From contig OZ024743.1 in NCBI GenBank assembly GCA_964016885.1, positions 291,958,001 to 292,022,000 on the forward strand: 64,000 nucleotides of DNA, read 5' to 3'. A program made the translations under genes and the position numbers. Shown here piece after piece: positions 12,657 to 24,600 of the stretch (its first letter is position 1; each line of letters begins with the position of its first letter). This DNA is from Eledone cirrhosa. Taxonomy: Eukaryota. Below the pieces are notes generated by a model that was not told the origin of the DNA, did not search any database, and was given only the letters and a program-made list of their open reading frames with translations.

Positions 12657-13987
12657 TAATTTCAAAATGCATCGATGATGTCCCCTTGCTTCTGCTGGAC
12701 ACCACCTGAGGGCGTAAGCCCCGGTGTTTTCCACAGCTGCAGCTTTCTAAATGTTTACCTATAAACAGACCATATTTCTTTAGAGATACGAACTTCCAAT
12801 ACATATCTGTGTACAGCTATGCATAAATCAAAACCATAATTCTCTCTCTCGTTCACTCTCTATCTCTATCGGTCTCTCTCTCTCTATATATATATATATG
12901 TGTATGTGTGTGCGTGTGTGTGTGTGGTCACGTAGCATGAATGTAATATATATATATATTACAGTCAGGCTACTTGATCACCAGACGTTCAAGTATGCAT
13001 ATATATATATATATATAGACCCAGTGTGTGAGTTTTTTTCTGAGTTTGTGTATGCATAAGACTAAACATTTTCGAAATTTGTTGAATTTTATTTCTGGAA
13101 GTGTTTGTTATTTATGCGTTTAACGCTTTTGTATAAATTCTCAAATTCCTTTCCGACAAAAAACAATTCAAAATAAAATTATAGACCAAGTGAGTATTTA
13201 TTCATCGTAGCAAAACATAATATATTACTCATGATTCAAACAGTAAAATCAATATTACAATATAAGAGGCTACCTGGTAATGTATTTCGAGATCATGTTT
13301 CAAATCTTATGTGCTATTCATACTAGTATGACTCGATGTTCTGTGTTTAAACAGAGCCAGTATATATATATAGTGTCTATGGAATTGATAAAGGAAAAGA
13401 TGTTTCATGTTAAATACAGAACTAAAGTATTTTACAATTAATTACTCTGCGCAGTAGTATACTGCTAACATCTAGTCCAGCATTGATTGTAGTGACGTTA
13501 TATCTGTAAATAAATAACAGAACGTAAAAACAAATACCTATAATCAAATTAGTAACGAACCTAAATATATTGAGAGATATCTAAAGATAGATAAATGAAC
13601 AGACGTCCTTGCTAAAAGTTAAGCCTATATCACCTTGAAAACTTTTAATCAGAACTTTAATTACTGACGTATGTGTAGATTAACTCCCCGATTACAAGCG
13701 AAATAGGATTAGCGAGTAATAAGATATTAGAATATATATATATCCGTTTAAAGAATAAAACTGACATATAGAAGAACACTTCTTCAGTTATAGGTTGGTT
13801 CAATATCGTTCATGAGGGAAAATAGGCTCGGTGTATACAATTCAATAGAAAGTAAAATTGTATCTGAAAGGGTATTTGTGTCGCTATGGCCTGTGCTAGA
13901 GTAGTATTTCGAACCTTGTTCAGAAATTATTTTTATCATTATTAATAATAATAATAATAATGATTTCTTTATCTTAATAATAACAAT

Positions 13988-14032
<45 letters not shown>

Positions 14033-14051
14033 GGAAGAAATATATATATAT

Positions 14052-14300
14052 ATAGAAGTGGTAGCACAACAGTTAGTTCACAATACCGCGAGCAATTGTT
14101 TCACCTTAGCGGATCTTCAGCTCGTACTGCGTAGGGGTAGAGCACTCAGTCCATGAGACGAGTTTGAAGATCCGCTAAGGTGAAACAATATTTCTCGGTA
14201 TGGTGAACTAACTGTTGTGTTATCACTTCTATTAAACTCGTTCCATAGACTGATTGCTCTACCACTACGGATATTACCTTCCAGTGTTCTACCCCTATAT
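14052..14300. repeat. Small inverted pLTR-like element with two decayed HHR-like motifs; related sequence at 50220-50320 and 50470-50500
   Basis: 14089-14124 (-) reads CGAG-CTGAAGA-TCCGCTAAGGT-GAAA-CAATTG-CTCG, mirrored on + at 14159-14197. (TA)n on both sides. Confidence 0.65.
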
Positions 14301-14687
14301 ATATATATGTAGATATAATGCCAATCATTGTAAGTTTGAATCTGACATGCAAAACCATATATATGAATAAAGTAAGCCCAAATCATAGTACCTTAAAATA
14401 TCTCCGAGAGAAATAGGGGGGAGATGAGGTGCAACAGAAATGAAACATGGAATACAGGTTAAAATATCGTCTAGATAGATGTGAAACAAAATGAGCATGT
14501 AGTTTATGAAATATCCAAATGATTTCGAAGTCGACCTTTAGTAAGAGAAATAACATTGAGAAAGACATGAACGACACCACACTTTGTTTTGAAAATGTTG
14601 AAAGGAGGTTTATAATTATGAATTTTCATATGAATTAATTTAATTTCATAATTTTAGCAAGCTAATAATATATATACATATATATAT

Positions 14688-15602
14688 AAAAAGGAAAAGA
14701 AAAAGCTGACAAATTTTTCCCAGTGAAAAATAGTTTAATTAGGAATAAGTATAAATTAGTAATAAGTATTAATTAGTGTTCAGTTTTAGTTTTAAGTTTT
14801 TACCGCTTGCGCACTTCTTAGGCTTTTCAAAAATAATTTTGAGATAGATCGCCCGTGATTTTTGCTCTTATCTATCAGTTTGGGAAATTCTTCCTGTTTT
14901 ATGTGTAAAAAGTGGCTTGGGAGGCATTAAGATTTGGTTGGTTGTTGAATGTCACGTGAATAAGCACGATAAATTTCGTGCCAATTCGTGTTGCAAAAAT
15001 TCTTGAGTCAAAACAATTTTGATTGGTCGGTAGAAGTCACGTGAATGTTTGAATTGATTTTAGCGCGAGCTGGTTTCGCGCCAAATGTAGATTTGTCGAA
15101 GAGTGTCCTTTTCCGCTTGATTGAGTTGCAGTCATGTTGAAAGATCAAAGGTCGAGGTGTCTATTAAGACAAATGTGTGTGTGTGTGTGTACATTTGTCG
15201 CGAAACCAGCTCGCGCTAAAATCAATTTAAACATTCACGTGACTTCTACCGACCAATCAAAATTATTTTGACTCAAGAATTTTTGCAACACGAATTGGCG
15301 CGAAATTTATAGTGCTTATTCACGTGACATTCAACAACAAACCAAATCTTAATGCCTCCCAAGCCACTTTTTACACATAAAACAGGAAGAATTTCCAAAA
15401 CTGATCAGATTAGAGCAAAATTCACGAGCACTCTATGTCAAAATTATTTTGAAAAGCATAAGATATGCGCAACCGGTAAAAACTTAAAACTAAAACTGAA
15501 TACTAATTAAAAACTAATTACTACTTATTACTAATTTATACTTATTCTTAATTAAACTATTTTTCAGTGGGAAAAATTTGTCAGCACTTTCTTTTCCTTT
15601 TT
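14688..15602. repeat. Large inverted repeat (~400-bp arms, ~100-bp spacer) between (TA)n/(TC)n tracts
   Basis: Arms 14688-15089 and 15190-15602 are reverse complements with scattered mismatches. The terminal sequence recurs at ~19553-19587. Confidence 0.9.
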
Positions 15603-15629
15603 ACTAATATATTAGAACTTGTGCGTCAC

Positions 15630-15710
<81 letters not shown>

Positions 15711-15839
15711 GCCAATCATTATAAGTTTGAATCTGACATGCAAAAACATATATATATATGAATAAAGTATCACAGGGAGAAAGAGAGAGAGGGGTGTAAC
15801 AGTAATGAAACACGGAATACAGCTTAAAATATAGTCTAG

Positions 15840-15891
<52 letters not shown>

Positions 15892-16149
15892 ATATATATG
15901 CTTACATATAGATATAGATATATGCTTACATCTCACACATTAACGCACAAACCTATTTACTGAGTATGTGCCTATATGTGTGCGGCCTTAATATACACAA
16001 TTTTTTTTTTATTTTCTCTGGTTTCGACTGGATCTACTATTAAACGAAGTGAAAACATGTTTATTATAACTAAGTATTTGTTTATAACAGTAAAGACGTT
16101 CCCTCTCGCTAAAATGAGGATGTGGTTTATGGAACAGCCAAATGATTTA

Positions 16150-16590
16150 GAAGTCGACTTTAAGTGGGAGCAATAACATTAAGAAAGACATGAACGTCAT
16201 CACAACACACTGTTTTGAAAATTTTGAAAGTAGGTTTATAATTATGAATTTTCATAAGAATTTCGTAGTTGTCTCTGTGGCCTAGCAGTAGGTACTAGAG
16301 ATGGTTGTCATCCTGACTTTGTGTTCAATTCTGGTCAAGAGGTACATGTAATCTTTTTCTGTTTTTATTTTGCAACCAATAGAAAAAACGGAAAAGGTTT
16401 AGGGAGATTCCTACTCCCGACCAGGGTCGAGCTTCAAACCAGGATCACCACCGACTATGATTCCTTCAACTGGGCCACTGAGACAGCTACAAAAGTATAA
16501 TAAAAATTGATAATTATAAACATACTTTCAAAATCAAAGTTAAAAAGATAACGTGTCGTTCATAGCTTTTATAGCAAACACGATTTCTGC
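16150..16590. repeat. Diverged inverted repeat whose inner arms are tRNA-like (Pol III A/B box) heads
   Basis: 16265-16340 (+) GTAGTTGTCTCTGTGGCCTAG...GTTCAATTCTGGTC is mirrored at 16411-16490 (-) GTAGCTGTCTCAGTGGCCCAG...GCTCGACCCTGGTCGGGAG. Confidence 0.6.
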
Positions 16591-17440
16591 ATGATTATTA
16601 CGGACGTTAAGAAGGCATTCGACTCAATCACACTACGTTGCCTTCATGGACCTCAAGGCGGCTTTCGACATAGTTGACCACGCTTTAACATAGTAAATTC
16701 TCAAACTCAACGGTATGCCTCCCAAGATAACTACTCTGTGCCCTCAACAGTGCTGAGAAATGTGTATGGGTGAAGGAGTGGCTCCAACTGGGTCCTTATC
16801 AAAATATTGGTCAACCAGGGCTGCAGGGCTTCCCCGACCTCTCCAACTGTGATATCGAATGTCTGATAACCAAGTGCTATGGACGAATCTCTAGCGTTCC
16901 CATCGGGAACAACAACGTACCGACCTGGAGAACTGTTCAGCAACTAGATCAATCAGCTCCTTCATTTACTCCACAGTCACCAACAACGGAAGGTTCCCTC
17001 GAAAGCTCAATCGCAGATGTGGTCTGGCCACCGAGGTCTTATAGTCCATATGGAAATGCATTTGTCACCACATTTCTGCCATCTGGGAGACAATTCTCTG
17101 TATTCACAACGTGTAGGTCCTCTCCGTTCTCTATGACAAAAAGGATCGACGGCTTTGATGGCAAAGTTGCGGTGACCATCGATAAGATCAGATGGCACCT
17201 CCAACAGAGATTTGCTTGCTCGCATGCATCAGCATGCAGTCTCATGTCACATAGCTATTTACCGAATGCATTAGAATGGATATTTCCTCCGCCTCCTACC
17301 AGATCATCCTACCAGAATATTATTCTTGTTCGACACAGCAGATGCAGAATGGAAGGCGTCATGCGGCAGGCCACGCAGCAGATTGGTGGAGGTGATTAAG
17401 AACGCCTCTGGGATTGCTGAGCTAATTTGTTCGCAGTCCC
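16590..17440 (+). pseudogene. Decayed non-LTR (APE-type LINE) reverse transcriptase fragment
   Basis: FMDLKAAFDIVDH at ~16643 and TDVKKAFDSIT at ~16600 (RT domain 3 motif), followed by frameshifted, GC-richer sequence. Confidence 0.65.
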
Positions 17441-17943
17441 ATAGAGCAAGAGCAAATTAGAAGGTATATATACGTATATATATATGTGTGTGAGTGTGTG
17501 TTGGTGGGGAGAGGGTGCATATGTGTCTATGCCTATGTGGCTCAGTGTATTTGTTTGTGTATGTGTGTGTGTCTAGCTAATTCAGTCTATATTCCCCTCG
17601 CTTGCATGTGACAGAAACTAGAAATAAGCAGATCCTAGTAAACATATCGATACATAGAAATGAAAAGATATATTGAATGCAGATATAGCTTCCTCCTTTA
17701 AAGGTATCAATCGATGTAATGAACTCTTCCGTGTTCTAAAAGCATAAACTTGCAATATTGCAGCAGTATTGCAAAATGTAACCTGTGATTCTATATTAAA
17801 ATAAGCCATGCGCATGTAGGTATACATATATATATATACGTATATAAATACTCATACAAATATATACAGAGAGATAGTTAGATAGAGAGATAAATAGAAA
17901 GAAAATATAAACCCACACACTTATATATATATATATATATATT

Positions 17944-18018
<75 letters not shown>

Positions 18019-18911
18019 CATATATATATAGTTATATGCTTACATCTCACACATTGACGCAAAAACCTATTTACTGAGTATGTGCCTATATGTGTGCACG
18101 CCTTAATATTTGCATAAACACAAATATTTATTTTTCATTGTCTCTGGTTTCGACTGGATCTATTATTAAACGAAGTGAAAGCATTTTTATTATATCTAAG
18201 TATTTGTTTATAACAGTAAAGGCGTTCCCTCTGGCCATCGTTAAATATACCAATATAAATACATACGCATATACGTTCATACACAGATATATAGAGTCAT
18301 TGATACAAACATACACACAACTGAATCATCCTCACCAATGCAACAAATGTAGCCAATTTTCCAATCATATTACAAGATTCCATCCTTTGTACGGAAATTG
18401 CATTGCAACCTATCAGTTTCTATGACCATCTATATTTGTTCCTGCAAATAAATGCCAAAGGATTTTTACATACGGTGCAACTATATAAATTACGAATTTT
18501 TGTAGTAAAGGTAGATAACTATAAAAGCTAAATTAAAAGAGAATGTATACACATATATAATAAAATATATACAAATAATATGCTTACAATTTTCGTCTAA
18601 AACAATAGAATGAAGTAGTGATAATAATAAAATCAATAGAGGATCATAAGATTAATACGCTATACAAAATATTCAAGAAAACCAAGTACACCAATCCTGT
18701 ATTTGAATCTAATACACTGCTTATACTAAATTCGGGGAGGCATAGTTAATCCTTGAATTTAAGCATATATATACTCCACTACGCCAAGTATCGAGTATTC
18801 TGTTGATGAGTAAAGGTCTAATTGGTTTAAAACTGGTTCTCTCTCGATTTATATATATAGGCAAAGAACAAAACAAAATCAAGGAGTGCAGTTACGAAGA
18901 GTGTTGGTATT

Positions 18912-18959
<48 letters not shown>

Positions 18960-19484
18960 ATAATAAGGCTGAAAGCAGCGATTATTTGCTTAAAGGGTAA
19001 TCTGTTGTTTTAATAAATATATATATATATGTATATATAAAGTTGAAAAAGTGGAGAATAACATGGTCAACAGTAAAACAAGGGGATTTATTCACAGTCT
19101 AACAATTGTTTCACTGATAAAGTTGTCTAAAAATTGCTGAACACTAGAAACAGTGCCACTCAATTTTAAATACGACGTTAGCTCGATAAGATCTTAGGAT
19201 TATTCACTACGGCGTATACACAAGCTCTAACTGGATTACCTATAACGATATTTTGTTATCCCTTATATATATATATATACATACAGTAAAAGAGTCAGGA
19301 CCCGATGGCTGAGCACTCCGGCCGGTTCTACAGCTAAATGCGAACGTTCGGTCCTAGCAGTCGTAATGGCCGGAGCTCAGTCGTCGGGGTCGTGACTCTT
19401 TTCCTATTGCCCACTCTACTGCCCTAAGTATCGAGTACTCTGGTGCGTTATGGTCCACCTGCCATCTTACCACACTTTCTTTGT

Positions 19485-19555
<71 letters not shown>

Positions 19556-19586
19556 AAAGGAAAAGAGAATGCTGACAAATTTTTCC

Positions 19587-19620
<34 letters not shown>

Positions 19621-19997
19621 AATGAAAATATTGAAATTAATGTGAGAAAGGAGCCAACAGTATTTTATAATATATAGGTGACTATGACGTACAAATGGAA
19701 AAAGAATTAACGTAAGATTTGGGAAAACAATTCAAACCCAATTAAAAAAAAATCAAGACAGAGATTTTACCCACAGATTTTTTGAAATCCAGGGAAAGAA
19801 CCAATAGAGTCTTAATTCAGAATAAAATAATGTTTAAATACTCATCCTTCAATTCGAAAAACTACAAATGCTCTATATTGTCTTAGAAAGACTATTTCAC
19901 GAAACCTTTCAGTGGAGATGGTCACGGTTGGAGTCGTTCCTCAGTAGAGCTCAAACACGATATATATATATATAAATATATAATATAAACGAAAACT

Positions 19998-20335
19998 CAG
20001 TGATGCATCTGAACTCAATTTATTGTGTGTTACAATTGTTTCGCCGGTGTAGATCTGTCTAATTCTGGATCTGCAGGTTCGACGATCACGTCTATTGATT
20101 TCGGAGCAAAGGAAATCATTAGACGTGTCCATCGAACCTGCAGATCCAGAATCAGACAGATCCACACAAAGATCGTGTCTCGAGCTGTCCACCGGCGAAA
20201 CAATTGTAACACACAATAAATTGAGTTCAGATGCATTATTGATATTTCGTTTAATATTATATCATACTCTGCTCTGTAAGAAAATAGAGTGCTCAACCGG
20301 CATACTGCCTATGGAAGCATCTTAGCTACCATCTG
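19998..20335. repeat. Inverted pair of the 9328 HHR/pLTR family with a decayed 5' core
   Basis: CACCGGCGAAACAATTGTAACACACAATAAATTGAGTTCAGATGCAT on + (~20190-20237) and its reverse complement at ~20003-20050. Confidence 0.8.
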
Positions 20336-20392
20336 TCACACACGCACACACACACAGACACACACATATATATATGGAAATTTATATATATA

Positions 20393-20545
20393 TAAATAAA
20401 TGGAAAATATATTTATAAAACCATATTTATTCTATTATATATATTTCAAGGCTACCAACATTTTGGTACGCTATCATGAGATAAAATACAAAATGTTTTA
20501 TAAATATTTGACATAACCAAGCATAATATACCTTAACGGTTCAAG
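20393..20545 (-). repeat. Diverged copy of the 49801-50154 HHR element (core mutated to CTCATGA)
   Basis: AATAAATGGAAA.TATATTTATAAAACCATA.TTATT.TATTATATATATTTCAAGG...TCATGAGATAAAATACA matches 49809-49909. Confidence 0.8.
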
Positions 20546-20559
20546 TTATCACTGGATTG

Positions 20560-20770
20560 TATATATATAATATATATTATATATAATATATATAATATAT
20601 ATAATATATAATATATATAATATATATAATATATATAATATATATAATATATTATATATTATATATATAATATACAATATATTATATATATATAATATAA
20701 AATACATACATATATATATATATGTATTTTATATTATATATATAATATATTGTATATTATATATATATAC

Positions 20771-20862
<92 letters not shown>
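20560..20862. repeat. AT-only minisatellite (TATATAATA)n with an internal inversion, then (TA)n
   Basis: Direct sequence. Confidence 0.9.
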
Positions 20863-20865
<3 letters not shown>

Positions 20866-21600
20866 TAATTTAATATATCAACTAACATAAGCGCACAGAT
20901 GCACGCCCATGCCAGCAAATACACAGGTTATGTCATAGTACCCAGGTGGTTCAATGCAGGAGAATGCAGAACAATAATATAAAGGACGTAAAATAAGAAA
21001 ATATTTTTTTTTTTAAATTTTTAAAAAAATTTTTTACTTACTTAAATTTTCACTCCAACTAATTAGTTTCTGCAATGGGATAAAGACAGTTACGTAATCC
21101 AACTGTCGAGAATTCATTGCGTCATCAGGGAGTCTATTCTCAGTTAAGTCTCCAGGCAATGCGCGGACACTGGCGGCTCATATAAAAATAATAATAATTC
21201 GGTAGATCGAACAGCTTGCGAGGACTGGATTCTATGTACCGAAATTCTCACTGCTTCAAGTCAAATGGCCGATTCTAAAGAATCAATCACGTGACACAGA
21301 GGCTAGTTAGAAGGAATGGGATGGGAAGATGACTGACGCCTACTAACACCCCAAAAAAAATTTTTTTAGAAGTGGTTTTGACAAGTTTGCTCGACAAATC
21401 AGTGATTTGGAGATAAATATAGATAATTTAATATATCAACTAACATAAGCGCACAGATGCACGCCCATGCCAGCAAATACACAGGTTATGTCATAGTACC
21501 CAGGTGGTTCAATGCAGGAGAATGCAGAACAATAATATAAAGGACGTAAAATAAGAAAATATTTTTTTTTAAAAATTTTTAAAAAAATTTTTTACTTACT
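20861..21600 (-). repeat. Inverted arm (~1.3 units) of the 558-bp HHR satellite
   Basis: Reverse complement of the unit. Contains one HHR at 21052-21133 (-). Confidence 0.97.
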
Positions 21601-21640
21601 TTAAAAATTTTTTACTTACTTTAAACATTTTTGCTTACTT

Positions 21641-24600
21641 TAAAAATTTTTTTAAAAAAATATTTTCTTATTTTACGTCCTTTATATTATTGTTCTGCAT
21701 TCTCCTGCATTGAACCACCTGGGTACTATGACATAACCTGTGTATTTGCTGGCATGGGCGTGCATCTGTGCGCTTATGTTAGTTGATATATTAAATTATC
21801 TATATTTATCTCCAAATCACTGATTTGTCGAGCAAACTTGTCAAAACCACTTCTAAAAAAATTTTTTTTGGGGTGTTAGTAGGCGTCAGTCATCTTCCCA
21901 TCCCATTCCTTCTAACTAGCCTCTGTGTCACGTGATTGATTCTTTAGAATCGGCCATTTGACTTGAAGCAGTGAGAATTTCGGTACATAGAATCCAGTCC
22001 TCGCAAGCTGTTCGATCTACCGAATTATTATTATTTTTATATGAGCCGCCAGTGTCCGCGCATTGCCTGGAGACTTAACTGAGAATAGACTCCCTGATGA
22101 CGCAATGAATTCTCGACAGTTGGATTACGTAACTGTCTTTATCCCATTGCAGAAACTAATTAGTTGGAGTGAAAATTTAAGTAAGTAAAACATTTTTTTT
22201 TTAATTTTTTTTAAAAAATATTTTCTTATTTTACGTCCTTTATATTATTGTTCTGCATTCTCCTGCATTGAACCACCTGGGTACTATGACATAACCTGTG
22301 TATTTGCTGGCATGGGCGTGCATCTATGCGCTTATGTTAGTTGATATATTAAATTATCTATATTTATCTCCAAATCACTGATTTGTCGAGCAAACTTGTC
22401 AAAACCACTTCTAAAAAAATTTTTTTTGGGGTGTTAGTAGGCGTCAGTCATCTTACCATCCCATTCCTTCTAACTAGCCTCTGTGTCACGTGATTGATTC
22501 TTTAGAATCGGCCATTTGACTTGAAGCAGTGAGAATTTCGGTACATAGAATCCAGTCCTCGCAAGCTGTTCGATCTACCGAATTATTATTAATTTTATAT
22601 GAGCCGCCAGTGTCCGCGCATTGCCTGGAGACTTAACTGAGAATAGACTCCCTGATGACGCAATGAATTCTCGACAGTTGGATTACGTAACTGTCTTTAT
22701 CCCATTGCAGAAACTAATTAGTTGGAGTGAAAATTTAAGTAAGTAAAACATTTTTTTTTTAATTTTTTTAAAAAAATATTTTCTTATTTTACGTCCTTTA
22801 TATTATTGTTCTGCATTCTCCTGCATTGAACCACCTGGGTACTATGACATAACCTGTGTATTTGCTGGCATGGGCGTGCATCTATGCGCTTATGTTAGTT
22901 GATATATTAAATTATCTATATTTATCTCCAAATCACTGATTTGTCGAGCAAACTTGTCAAAACCACTTCTAAAAAAATTTTTTTTGGGGTGTTAGTAGGC
23001 GTCAGTCATCTTACCATCCCATTCCTTCTAACTAGCCTCTGTGTCACGTGATTGATTCTTTAGAATCGGCCATTTGACTTAAAGCAGTGAGAATTTCGGT
23101 ACATAGAATCCAGTCCTCGCAAGCTGTTCGATCTGCCGAATTATTATTATTTTTATATGAGCCGCCAGTGTCCGCGCATTGCCTGGAGACTTAACTGAGA
23201 ATAGACTCCCTGATGACGCAATGAATTCTCGACAGTTGGATTACGTAACTGTCTTTATCCCATTGCAGAAACTAATTAGTTGGAGTGAAAATTTAAGTAA
23301 GTAAAAAATTTTTTAAAAAATTTTTTTAAAAAAATATTTTCTTATTTTACGTCCTTTATATTATTGTTCTGCATTCTCCTGCATTGAACCACCTGGGTAC
23401 TATGACATAACCTGTGTATTTGCTGGCATGGGCGTGCATCTGTGCGCTTATGTTAGTTGATATATTAAATTATCTATATTTATCTCCAAATCACTGATTT
23501 GTCGAGCAAACTTGTCAAAACCACTTCTAAAAAAATTTTTTTTGGGGTGTTAGTAGGCGTCAGTCATCTTCCCATCCCATTCCTTCTAACTAGCCTCTGT
23601 GTCACGTGATTGATTCTTTAGAATCGGCCATTTGACTTGAAGCAGTGAGAATTTCGGTACATAGAATCCAGTCCTCGCAAGCTGTTCGATCTACCGAATT
23701 ATTATTATTTTTATATGAGCCGCCAGTGTCCGCGCATTGCCTGGAGACTTAACTGAGAATAGACTCCCTGATGACGCAATGAATTCTCGACAGTTGGATT
23801 ACGTAACTGTCTTTATCCCATTGCAGAAACTAATTAGTTGGAGTGAAAATTTAAGTAAAAAATTTTTTTAAAGATTTTTTTAAAAAAATATTTTCTTATT
23901 TTACGTCCTTTATATTATTGTTCTGCATTCTCCTGCATTGAACCACCTGGGTACTATGACATAACCTGTGTATTTGCTGGCATGGGCGTGCATCTGTGCG
24001 CTTATGTTAGTTGATATATTAAATTATCTATATTTATCTCCAAATCACTGATTTGTCGAGCAAACTTGTCAAAACCACTTCTAAAAAAATTTTTTTGGGG
24101 GTGTTAGTAGGCGTCAGTCATCTTACCATCCCATTCCTTCTAACTAGCCTCTGTGTCACGTGATTGATTCTTTAGAATCGGCCATTTGACTTGAAGCAGT
24201 GAGAATTTCGGAACATAGAATCCAGTCCTCGCAAGCTGTTCGATCTACCGAATTATTATTATTTTTATATGAGCCGCCAGTGTCCGCGCATTGCCTGGAG
24301 ACTTAACTGAGAATAGACTCCCTGATGACGCAATGAATTCTCGACAGTTGGATTACGTAACTGTCTTTATCCCATTGCAGAAACTAATTAGTTGGAGTGA
24401 AAATTTAAGTAAGTAAAACATTTTTTTAAAAATTTTTTTTAAAAAATATTTTCTTATTTTACGTCCTTTATATTATTGTTCTGCATTCTCCTGCATTGAA
24501 CCACCTGGGTACTATGACATAACCTGTGTATTTGCTGGCATGGGCGTGCATCTATGCGCTTATGTTAGTTGATATATTAAATTATCTATATTTATCTCCA

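Larger units (their letters stand above)
14315..18236 (+). repeat. Locally duplicated segments: 14315-14630 ~ 15706-16256, and 15890-16110 ~ 17915-18236
   Basis: Shared blocks ATAATGCCAATCATT.TAAGTTTGAATCTGACATGC, CCAAATGATTT.GAAGTCGAC and TATGCTTACATCTCACACATT...GGTTTCGACTGGATCTA. Confidence 0.8.

Noticed and set aside
16770-17399. 209-aa ORF as a host gene
   Set aside because: It lies within a frameshifted LINE remnant and shows no recognisable domain.
19095-19165. GAAACAATTGTTAG on the minus strand (HHR 3' half)
   Set aside because: No recognisable CUGANGA partner; too decayed to call.
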